Positions 11,910 to 23,600 of a stretch of DNA of 64,000 nt are shown here, piece by piece (positions within the stretch are counted from its first letter, which is position 1; each line of letters begins with the position of its first letter). The position numbers were made by a program, and so were the translations under genes. Source of the stretch: Auanema rhodensis (taxonomy: Eukaryota > Animalia > Nematoda); contig OZ059898.1 in assembly GCA_964057225.1 (NCBI GenBank), positions 8,184,001 through 8,248,000 on the forward strand, read 5' to 3'. The notes beneath the pieces were generated by a model. It saw only the letters and a list, made by a program, of their open reading frames with translations. It did not search any database and was not told the origin of the DNA.

Positions 11910-14900
11910 CTCAGTACTTTTCACTCTGAGAGCGACAGACATGAAAACCGATTAGTAGGGGAACGAAGTTCCGCCACATTTATGGCTCATTTCCTACCAA
12001 GTGTGTCCCTGAATGATTCCCTTTTTGGCTTGTGTAGCGTGTAAGTTTCCGTCTGGCTCGTTAAGATCTAAGCCTATGGGTGATTAACAATTGCGAGTGC
12101 ACAAGCGTGTTTTCTCGGTTGTTTGGTACACCAATGAAATTTGGCTCATAGATTAATGTTTAATACAGGTCAAACGTTATATACACCTAACTCTCATTTT
12201 TTCAAATCAGCACATATTGGCATGACCGCACCTAAAATAATTTATTCGTTTCAGTGCTGGACTCTCCCGGCGGTAGTTGTTCTCGTGCATCAACGCAGGC
12301 TAGCCCGATGAGGAATATGAGCTCCGCGTCTGGTGGTCTTTACGTCAGTGCTCCCGGAAAAATTATTCTTTTCGGTGAACATGCTGTCGTTTATGGAAAG
12401 GTTAGCTTTCATTTATACTATTCCAATAATCAGTTTTGATTGTAGACCGCCATTGCGGGTTCAATTGATTTAAGAACTTATGTGTCCATGTTCACATCTG
12501 CGGATGGAAGAATATACCTGTCTCTTCCTGATCTTGGCGTTGAGAAGACCTGGTTATTGAAAGATTTGCTCAAGGCTGCTGATCGATTGGCTGGTAATCA
12601 CTTTTGTAATTTGAATTGTTGAGTTCTATGTATACATGTTAAGCCGAACACCCAATTGAAGATGATCAACCACCTTCATTAGAGGTGGTTGTTCCAATCG
12701 CTCGAAAATTGTCGGGAAGTTGTGAGGAGCAATGTGGTGTTCAACATTTAGCTATACTAGCTTTTTGGTATCTGTTGCTCGGTGTTGCTCATAGGAAAAG
12801 GTTTGTATGTTTAAAAATATTCCTGATCTTCGAAATGTATGAGTGAAAATAGATAGAAGTTGCATGCTCATTAACTGTTTGAACAATAATCTTGCTTTCA
12901 CGGTTTTGTTACTCTGGTTCTTAGATGCCTTACTGTTTTTATTTTTTTCAACAAGCATTTTCTGTCGTGAAGTTTTGCGCTCAATTGATGTTGTGTATGA
13001 GGCATAGTCAGTTGGCAGTTTCGTCAAGTTCAACTCACACTTCCGCAACTTATAACTGTGTTTGTATTGCTTGTTTACGTTTAGTGCTATTGCTTCATCT
13101 GGAACAAACGGCAACTTGGCCGATTCTACTGGAGATAATCCGAACAAATCTACGTGGGTATACGCTACAAAATTGTTTTAAATAGTTTTTTAAATTTTTT
13201 TGTTGTTTTACGTTCTTTAATTTATATCAAAAACTTTTTTTAATGTCAACGTTGTATTAAGTTAATTTTCATATTTTAGGGATCTTCTGGCTGTTAAAGC
13301 TACAGTCAGGTTTAAATTACCTAGTTGTGTTGGACTAGGATCTTCGGGTTCGTTCTATATTAAAAAAATGTTTAGAAATTGTTTTATAGGTGCTTATTGT
13401 GTATGCATTGCAACTTCTCTTCTTCAAACAGCAGGCCTCATTCCTTCACCATCCATCGAGGTTTGCTCCAGTTTATTATTTTTTGAAATATCAATATCAA
13501 TAACAAGAATATATATATATATTCTCACAGCTATTCAATTTTTTTCCCAATGTGTGAGACGAAAAAAAAGACAAAACACTAATCATTCGCATGGATATGA
13601 TGCATATTTATGAATAGCCTTTTTGGTTGGATGCGTTGTTATCCTTCTTCAGACAAAAGTCGGCTAAATCAATCCCTTGCTTCAAACGAAAATTACATAG
13701 ATTCTTTTTCATTTATCTTACTTTAGACGGATGAGGATGGAAGTCTTACTTGGGAAGATCAACATTTGGATATGATTCGCAAATGGGCTACTGCTGCAGA
13801 ATCACTGATACACGGACGTGCTAGTGGTTTGGATGCTGCTGTTTGTACATTCGGTGAGTAGTTTCTGCAATTTATTTATGCTGCTCAGTAAAATAATAAT
13901 GGCAGTAGAAATTCAAATATTTTTGGAACTAAGTAAGATAAGACTGTGAATGATGCTTTGCTTCTTATATTGTTGCTTCACGTGGTTTTTTGTTCATATT
14001 TTTGCTAGCTCGCGCGCGGAACAATCTTCGTGTAAATGGGTAGAACAGTCAAATTTACTTTGAGCTGTATAGACGCATTTTTTGCCATGTGATTGATTAT
14101 ATTTATATATGATATGACATGATGATGTTATAACTGATATGGCTGTTTGATTATAATTGTCTAATATGATAATGAGAAATTCATGATAGATATTTTGATT
14201 GGATGACGTTAGTAGAAAGCTCTGACAGATTCGTACCCGTGTGTACTGTTGCATTGACGTGTTGATTCGTGCCCTTCAGAGATCGCCGATCGACTGGCTC
14301 AGTTTTCGCGTTTACTTCTCGCACAATCTTATAGACTTATTTGTGATATTGAGCCGAAGCCATGATGATTTTTTCGGATCTTCAATAATTCTAAAAGATT
14401 CAAGAAATCACTAAATTGTTACTTACTTCCAACATAAAGAAAAAATTTATTAATTTAAATCAATCATGAGATTTGCGTGAAAATTAGAGCTAAGCGATAG
14501 GAATGATCGCATATGGATCGATCGAATTTTAGGTTATCGAGATTATGGATACCAGAGCTTTACGCATTTGGGATATGTAGGATGTTATGGTAATTTATTC
14601 AGCTACGTTAAATGCTTCTTTCCTTTATTCTTTTCATTTTCATGTCAGTTGTTTTGTTTCTCTCCTATCAAATGTGATGTTCTTTTTGGTTCACAGATTG
14701 TCATGAATTTAAATGTAAAAGTGAACAATCCGTGCCTTTGCATCTGGAGGAAACAAACTGTGACAGTTGCTTTTTGAATCCCAAAGCATGCTTAAGGACA
14801 GTTGTAGGCATAATATAGTTGCCAAGTGTTACAGTTGCTTTTTTCTGTTTTTTTTTCTAGCTAACAAGTCTGCGTAATCTGATATACATTCACATAGTTG

Positions 14901-17239
14901 CAATACTATCTGACGTTGAATTAGTTTGTATCAGATGACTTAGCGTCATTTCTAGAAATTATTAACAGCAACTTCATCACAGTTTCTGTCCTGGTATATA
15001 TGTCCCTGGTGCTAATCACAACCTTTTATGGAATGTCTTTCACACTTTCAAAAAGAATGCTAATAATAATTCTTGCAACAGCGTTGCCTTGTGTATCAGC
15101 TCACATCCATTCGATGTTTAAATCACTGTGAATTATATTTTCAACAAGTTGAGATATTCTTTTGTGCTTGTGCATGTGCATTTTGTGTGTCTGATGTACG
15201 ATGAATGATAATTTCTGGATACATTTCTTCAATTATGTTTGCACTGTTTTATGGAGTTTCATGGCTTTTGGCTGCACAGCACCCCTCATTTTTATACCGT
15301 AATATAGGAGGATTATTGTGCCAACCTCGTAGAGTGCTTCCTTATTATTTATTATTTATTTTTTAAATTGCTCAACCTTATTTTGCGTGAATCAAATATT
15401 ATTTTTTCGTTATCATAAGTAATTAAATTTTTCCTCAAAAACGTTGGTAAAAGATCTATAATTCATCAATTAACCCCACAGAAAGTATTTTTTTTATTGG
15501 TGGTATGGAAATGAGGAGTACTGTTCTATCCATTTATTCGTTTCGCAGTTGTGGTGCCTTTTTGTCAAATATCTGTGAGACTGAGAATTTATATTCACAC
15601 ATTTCTCAGCTCCAATTATATATATAAACATTGGTGTTCATAATTCTTATTTGAATATTTTCAGGAGGAGTTGCTAGTTACAAGCCAGGAACACGTATTG
15701 AACATTTAAAGAAGTAAATTCTGAATAGTTCATATTTTACTTACATTTTCTCATTTTAGCCTTCCTGACCTCCGTGTGATTCTTGTCAATTCTAAAGTTG
15801 AACGGAATACGTCTCGAATGGTGCAAACGGTTAAAGAGCGTTTGAAAAAGGTATTTCCTGTTATTTATCTCCTTATTATTATAACGCTTATTCAGTTCCC
15901 AGATGTAGTGGAAGGTATATTTTCAACCATAGATGCTATCTCTAGAGAAGCAGCAAAAATTTTGCATAAACCAGCCGAAGATGGTGGTGAGATTGAAGAA
16001 AAGCATGAAAAACTAGAAAATGGAGGGACTAGTGTTCCCGATTCTGATCATCATTCTCTTCAGGTGCGCACTTATTCTGTTTTCGAGTATCTTTGACTTT
16101 CTTTTTGCTTCTACTTAGTCATCGTTATGCAAGCTTATCAAAACATTTAGCACATAGTCTTTTTTGATTGCCTTATATGTAGTTTCGATATTGCATGATC
16201 AATTTAAACAATATTTGTTTATTATGGATTGATGTGTAATTCGTTTTACTGATGCATCTGAAATTAGAAGTCTATTTCATCTACGCTTTTGTTAGCATTT
16301 TTTCTTTTTTTTTTTGCATTTCTTGGCTTTTCGTACGTTGTGTCAGTTGCAGCCAAATCGTGCCGGTAGTATTCGTTCGCAGTCACTGGCTTCATATGTA
16401 GCCGGAGGAAAACGTGGATCTTCTGCTTCAGCCGTTTCAGCTATGTCTGAAAAAGGGGAACTCATCGACACTTTCAGCAAGCTAAATGTGAGCTTTTAGT
16501 TCTTTCTTTGATCTTTTTTTTGCCTTTTTAGTAAAAAATAAAAAAATAAGGTAGTGTTTTCGTAACAAGTTTGATTATTTTGTTCAATATAGTTTGTTTG
16601 AGATCACTTCTGTAAAAATTGTAAAATATTACGATAGAAGCTTAGATAATAATTAATAGAAAATGTATTTTTTGATTGATGCCATTTTACAATTATTTAA
16701 ACTATAATTATTGAATAGTTTAAATCATCTCCTCATCGCTTGTCATGCTTTCGGCTGTATTGATAAATTCAAGAAATAGTCACATAATCCCTTTTTAATT
16801 AACGAATTTTCTTTTAGGACTTATGTCGTATTAATAATCAACTATTGATTGGTCTAGGAGTTGGACACCCTAAGGTTGATCAGATTTGTACAACCCTAGC
16901 TCGTTATGGCATTCATCCTAAAATGACTGGAGCTGGTGGTGGTGGTTCAGTGTTCGCTTTCTTGAAGCCAGGTATCTTTAAGTAAATTTCTAGCATTGGT
17001 AATTTTGCTGTTGTTCAGACACTCCACAAACGCTGCTCGATATGATGACTGCAGAGTTAGCTAAATTAGGATATGAGGTATGAGGCTTCGATGGTCGTTC
17101 TTACTTTTAATATTTCTTTCAGGTATGGCAGCCTCCATTAGGTGGTGCTGGAGTAGTTGAACACCAAAGACGACCAGATCTCTTTGTAACTGCTCCATCC
17201 ACAAGTTGTAGTACCCCAGCTGCCTCTAGGCATAAATAG
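11671..17239 (+). CDS. mvk-1: Mevalonate kinase (GHMP kinase), multi-exon
   Basis: Exons 11671-11770, 12255-12400, 12446-12593, 12644-12800, (13085-13153 optional), 13280-13347, 13390-13460, 13727-13853, 15665-15713, 15760-15850, 15896-16063, 16347-16487, 16818-16971, 17019-17077, 17123-17239 with consistent phases. Motifs SAPGKIILFGEHAVVYGK, LPSCVGLGSSGA, ESLIHGRASGLDAAVCTFGG, KMTGAGGGG. Confidence 0.95.
11811..11906. repeat. (CT)n microsatellite in mvk intron
   Basis: Interrupted then perfect CT run. Confidence 0.95.
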
Positions 17240-18910
17240 GCGGATTAGGTTTAAGCCCCCCACCCCACCCGAAGCACTTCCATACACTAATTTGCCATGC
17301 GTGTGGTCTTATATTGTTATCTCATTTTCAATGTTTCATAATTAGAGCCTTTGGAATTGCTACCAAATTCTCTTTTTACTTCCTTGAATTTCTTTTTCCT
17401 CTATGTTTTATTACTGGATACAATTTCTCTTCCTTTCTTTATTGTTGCCAGTAACATTATCGTCCAAAATTTTAATTTCTTTCTCTCTCCTTCCCCTCTT
17501 TTTTTCTCCTATTCTTTTGAATCCTATAATATTTATCTCTTACTAGCGCCCACCTCTCCCCCTCTATTTTCTTTTGCTCTCTCAACCTTTTCCTATTTGT
17601 ATCTTCCTCTTGAAAAACGTTGTCATGTCACTCCGTTGTCCTTCTATAAAATGCTGTTCTCAGTTCTCATTCAACTATTTAGCTCATTCTATAACTCTGT
17701 TCAAGAGTTCTGAGTTGATTACTTCCTTATATGACTTCTTCAGTTCTTTTAGACCTATTCCCCCTTGTTTACTCTTTTTCATTATTTTTAACAGATACAC
17801 TATTTACTGTCAGAGTGTTATTATTATAATAATGTTTGATATTATAAGTTTACAGAGTAAAATAAGAGATGTAGCTGTTAGATTGTAAATTAATGAAACA
17901 AAAAATATATATTTATTTATGTTTTTTTTTGTTTCGAATATACTTCCGATGACAAATTTATGAGAAATAAAAATCAATTTTTTAAAAATCGTATATTATT
18001 CTATTCATTCAATATCAATATTAGATTTGAGCGTGATTATTATGTCCAATGTTCGCATAGTAATGGAAACATTTCATTTAACGCTTAGATCAAGAAGATC
18101 CATTTTGAGCGAAGCTTTTGCATTCATTCTGAACTAATCACTTCGCTTCTATAGTTGTATTTTTTTGTGTTTCAATTGTTAGTCATGTGATACTGAAACG
18201 TAATTGTTTAGATGAATAGTTATTGTGATGAGTGAATATGCTGTTTGTTTTCGTTTACAACACATATCTAGTAACGTATTCGGTTATTTTTTGATTTTTA
18301 TATAATACAAATTGGTAAAATATAATAAATTTATTAATAAACAAGAATACTAATCACATATAGTAAGAAATTGAGATAAGCATGTGAACCACGGAGAGGA
18401 CCATTGGCTCACATCATTTTCTTCATGTATCTGCTGTTTGATATAATTGACGATGACACCTGTCAATGACCACCCTGCTTATGCTTACAACTTTTTTTTG
18501 TTCTACAACTTTCGAGTAAAAAAAATAAAAGTTTGATGCGGACCTTTTATAAACTATAGTTTACCATACAAACCCATATTCATAGGTATTTTGTTCGTTC
18601 TTCCAAGGCAGAGCCAAACATTTTTGTATTTGTGTTTGAGTACTGTGGTTAATATGCAATAGAAGTAGGCAGATATTGTTAGCACAGCAGGCTTCATCAT
18701 CAATATCATCATCACCATCATCATCAACATTCGATTTTGTCATTCCATAGCTCACCATAATAATAAACTAAAATCGGCAAAGTTTGTCATTTTTATTTTC
18801 ATCGTTAAATTTCCAAAAAAAAATAATTTAATTCTTAATTCTTGTAATATTTTTGTTTTTAGAATAATAATTATAATATTTTTTCTTCTAGATAAAGTTT
18901 TATTAGTACA

Positions 18911-19568
18911 ATGGAAGATCCTCCAACTCCAACGTCAAAAAAGCCGCTGCCCAAATATACTTCCATAGACTTAGAATCAGAATTACCTGAAATATTTTGG
19001 TTAATCTAATAGTTTAATACTTTTTTTATGATTTTTTCATATTATAGTACTTCTCTTAATCCAAGTTTGCATGATCCAGATCTCACATTATTTTATAGTC
19101 AGCGTGGTCCACCTTTCTATAACTACAAGAAGAGAACAAGCCCACCACCAAGTTATCCATCATCTACTCGATGTAAGTATTTTACATTACTATAACTATT
19201 TTTTTATAACGGAACTCTCACATACACAATACGCAAAAACAAGAAGGAATGAACAATCAGTTTAGATTTTGGGAAACAATTTATTTTGTTTAGCTTTTAC
19301 TCCACCTGCTACATCATTATCAAATCTTGCATCAAACGATAGAAAACGAGTATGGATTGCAGCCATTTTTTGTTTCTTAATCATTTGTCCTTTAATAATA
19401 TTAATAATATTTTCAATATATCCATCACAATATAAACATGTAACTATTTAATAATATTATAAAAGTTATAATTAATATAATTAGTGTAATAATCTTCGGG
19501 TTATGAAACATTTCAATAATCATAGTTATCCTCTGTTATCCTCGATAGAAATGAACAATTTCATTTAA
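18911..19568 (+). CDS. Small (~147 aa) single-pass membrane protein with PPxY motif, unknown family
   Basis: TTCTAG acceptor ~20 nt before ATG; exons 18911-18999, 19048-19172, 19294-19439, 19485-19568 join in frame: MEDPPTPTSKKPLPKY...TSPPPSYPSSTR...RKRVWIAAIFCFLIICPLIILIIFSIYP... Confidence 0.6.
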
Positions 19569-20613
19569 ATTTTAAATTATTTTCTATGAAAATAATATTT
19601 TTTATATAATATACATATGTATTTGTATGTTAAATTGTATTATATTGATGAATATAACATCTATTGTTTTTCCAGTATATGTTGATTGTGGGAATGCGTG
19701 TTTAATTGTAAAACTTATATCTCATAACATTAAACTATTTCATTTCTTCCACAGCTTTTATTTTATTTTTTAAAATGTTTAAATATGGAAAAATGATAAA
19801 GATAGTAATGTTCTAAGAATTCACATACAAATGTTTTTGTTGATTTTTATTTTATGATTTTCTTCAGCAGTGAGCGGTTGTATTCTTTTTAATCAAAACA
19901 AAAAGAAACAAAAGTTCCAGGCTACGAAGTTTATCAGATTTTATTTTAAATTAAACTATGTTTATCAACATATTCTATAGTAAATTGAAAAAAAAAAGTC
20001 TTTATTCAACTATAAAAACAGTGACAGAATTAAGTAATATAATAATACTGTAGATAGTATTAGATAGTATTTCATGAAATGAAAAATATTACGTGGAGAA
20101 AGAAAAGAAGAAATACGTGTGTGTATGTGTATGTTCTTGTTCATATACATACATACATGCACATTGCAGTTTGTTGATATGTTTCTATCATTATTTTTAG
20201 ATAGAACTGTCATGTAAATTAGTTTATGGACATAGTGCAAATAAAATAAAAAGAAAGATATGGCAATACAAATTAATTAATTAATCATTTATTATTGGAC
20301 TACGATAAACGTTGTCGTCAATTTTAGCTACATGTAGAAGTCTGATTTGTAAAGAAATGTACATATGACATTAACAAAGTTATTTTTAACAGAGAGAATG
20401 AAAAAAATGAGAGAAAATAAACTTTTTTTTTCTGTTGCTGCTGCTATTTAGCATCACAGTTTGAACACCGGCCTATTGAAATATAACATTGATTTTGAGA
20501 AAATGAAACATTATGAGAGAAGATGAGAGAGTTTAGTTTAACTTAATTCATTAAAGTATTGGTCTTTTGATTCGAAATGCGGGATAATTCTAAACTTAAT
20601 TGTCTCAGTAGAA

Positions 20614-23600
20614 CTATACCCATTTGGGTCGGCACGTTTGCGGCTTGGTCAGACCTCCTGTAGTGGCCACACTACGTGTTGGTTTCGGTATTATCGATGG
20701 CGTTGGATGAGCTCCTTTCGTACGCTCCGATATCGCAGATAAAGTTTTTTTAAGCGGTTTCGGCTTTTCGACTGCTTCGAGACCCCGTATGTTTGGTCTT
20801 TGGTTTATAGAGCCAGTTTTGATCAGCGCAGGACGTGAGCTTGTTGATACAGATGGAGTTTTGACGTCCATTGAGGAACCACTGCCAGAGGAAGAACCAG
20901 TTGTGCGTGAACTGCTCAAACTAGACAACGATGGACGTGATGTGTTTCCACAATTTGTAACAGCAGCTGATCTTCTGGAAGTTAAAGATAAAGCGATGTA
21001 GTCGCGACAATAAAACTAACCTTAACGTATTCTGCCTTGAGCCTGCCTGTGGTATTCCTGTTCGTTCTGGCTGACTATTTTTACGAAGAAGTTTTGGTGT
21101 TGTTGGTGTTTTTAAGACTGTTGACATGGTTGTAACCGGAGTAGATCTTTGGGAAGCCATACTTGCACGTCTAGCTGAAACCCCAGGCAGAGCTGTGGTT
21201 GATGTAGGTGTTGATATAGCAGATGATGTTGTAGCATTAGTGTTTCGAGCATTAGTATTTACTGTTGTCAGTTTATCAACTAAAGGTGTACGTAGTTTGT
21301 TTGGCAATTTAGCTGTGACTCTGTAAGGATTATTCATCAGAATAATAAGATTCAAATAGCTTACGTCGGCCTAGGCAGCTTTGACCTTTCAGTAGAGAGC
21401 TTAGAAGATGTTTGAGCTATAGGTTTAGCAGATTCAACATCTTTTTGTTTTTGAAGTGGTAAACGACGTGAGTTTGTTGAAGGGACTTGCGGTGAAGATG
21501 TAGTTCCACCTGATTCCGTTGCAGTTTTCGTAGGCAACGAAGTAGTTGTAATAGATATCAGTTTTGGAGGCTACAAACAAGAAACAAAAGGTTTTGTTTT
21601 TTTTTAAATTATGAATACCTTTATAGAATTCAACATTTTTGTAGGTTTTGATGAATCATGCTTCTAAAAAAAGATATAAAAAATGTGAAAAAATACAAAA
21701 TATAACCTTTGTCAACGATACTTTTCTATTTTTCATCGAATCAGAAGGAATAGATTGACAATTTGATGAATTCTGCAAAATATTATTATATTTCCGATTG
21801 TTATTAATATTTTATTCATTACGAGAGGAGATTCTTTATCTTTTTCCGATTCAAAACCTTCATCTGATGCACTCTTTGGTGAGGATCCTGGTGTTGATAC
21901 ACATCCATCTGATATTTAAACATAATTTTGATAAGAGAGTGCCAACGTACCTGATTCATTGGGTATAGTAACTGAAATTTGTTCATCTATCTCTGGTACT
22001 GTGTCCGATTTTGTTGGCGGCTTAGTTGGTGTTACTGAATCCTATAACATAAAATGAAAAATAAAGATAAAAAGAATAGAAAACTACTTGAAGACTCTGA
22101 ATATAATCTGATAAGTTGTTGGTATTCGCATAATGAATTGATGCCCGAGGTCTTCGAATAATTCTAGTAATCTGGAAAATAACTTCAATTTTTCCATAAA
22201 TGTATCAATATTTTACTTCAGGTGATAGTTCTGTATTGGGTTTTGATTCTGCATCTAAAGATGCATCCTCTGATTTCTTATCTTCTCCTTCTGATTCACG
22301 GAACATTCTACGCAACTTTGGTTGTCCTTCTCTTTCTCTGGCAACATCTAAGGCGTTTCGTTGTGAGCTACGGCGACGCCACCTAAACAAAGATATGAAG
22401 TACTGGATATAAACAGCAATAGTAACCATGAATTATTTGAACCAGATTCTAGTGTTTGATAAAGAAGTTGCTGTTGGCCATATGATTCAGATCGTCGGAT
22501 GACATCTGGATTTTCTTTGCCTTCACCTGTCAACTGCTCATCATTGTTATGAGATGTCTGCGCTTTTTTAGCTTCTCTCTCTTCCCGATTTTTATTTTCC
22601 TGAATTTAAGAAAATGTTTGTATCTTTCTAAAAAATGAACAACAAACCTGAACAACAATATGAAGCCGTTGAATAATTATATTGAAAATCTTTAGACAAT
22701 CATCGATTTTGAAGGTGTTTGGATTTTCGCAGAAGTAATTTGCTAATTTTTTCGTTTTGCATGACATTTGATCAAGTAAATGCTCAGCTTGTTCCAATTC
22801 ATTATGAGAGGTAACCTGGAGATAAGAGAGATTATAAAGAATTAGCTATTTGTATATAAGCACTTACATTCAGATATAGAAGAACTTCAACAAAATGTGT
22901 TTCTGTACGACCATCTAATTGTTTTTTCAACTTAATTCCTTGTTCTGATAATTGGCGTAAGTTACATCTCAATTCTTCTGATGAAATTCTATAAAAACAT
23001 TACTGTTATGTTATAATATCAGTTATTAAACATACTGTGCTGCTTTTTGAACATTTGGTAATTCTTTTTCAAGATCTTGCAATAAATCTTTATCAGTCTA
23101 AATTAGTAATTTTTTAGAATTAATGAATGATTATGATTATATACCTTGCTTATAACATGAAATATGGTGGATTGACCTTTTGCAGCTTTTAAATCAATCA
23201 TTCTCCATAGGGAATTGAGTTTAAAACCTGCTGCATTACCTTGTGCTGTGGACCCATTCAGATAGTTTCCAATATTAACTAATATCAAGAAAAGACGACG
23301 TAAAGCTTCAGAATCAGCAATGTCTTAAATGAGTAATAAATCAAAAAATATAGACAGATTATACAATACCATTACAAGTTTTCAAAAGTAAGTTCAATTG
23401 TGGTAATGTTTCATCTATAATTCTTGTAAATTCCAAACGATATAACATACAATCGATGCTAAAAACAAATTATGAATTTAGATATTAAAGTTTTATTGTT
23501 ACCGTAGGCTATAATCGGAAATTGAAAGCATTTGTAAGAAGAAAGCGCATGGAGGGGCAAGCATGCTCACGTCACCGGTATATCTTCCCAAAGCTTCTAC

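Noticed and set aside
14134-14260. Segments resembling miR-90/190 (TGATATG) and miR-51 (TACCCGT) seeds in the mvk intron
   Set aside because: No complementary arm to form a precursor hairpin.
18361-18758. Possible two-exon minus-strand small gene with GAT repeats
   Set aside because: Several frames and splice choices are equally weak and no motif is recognisable; needs RNA evidence.
20789-21326. Plus-strand ORFs over the formin tail, and similar antisense ORFs at 37790 and 41504
   Set aside because: Antisense shadows of real coding exons.
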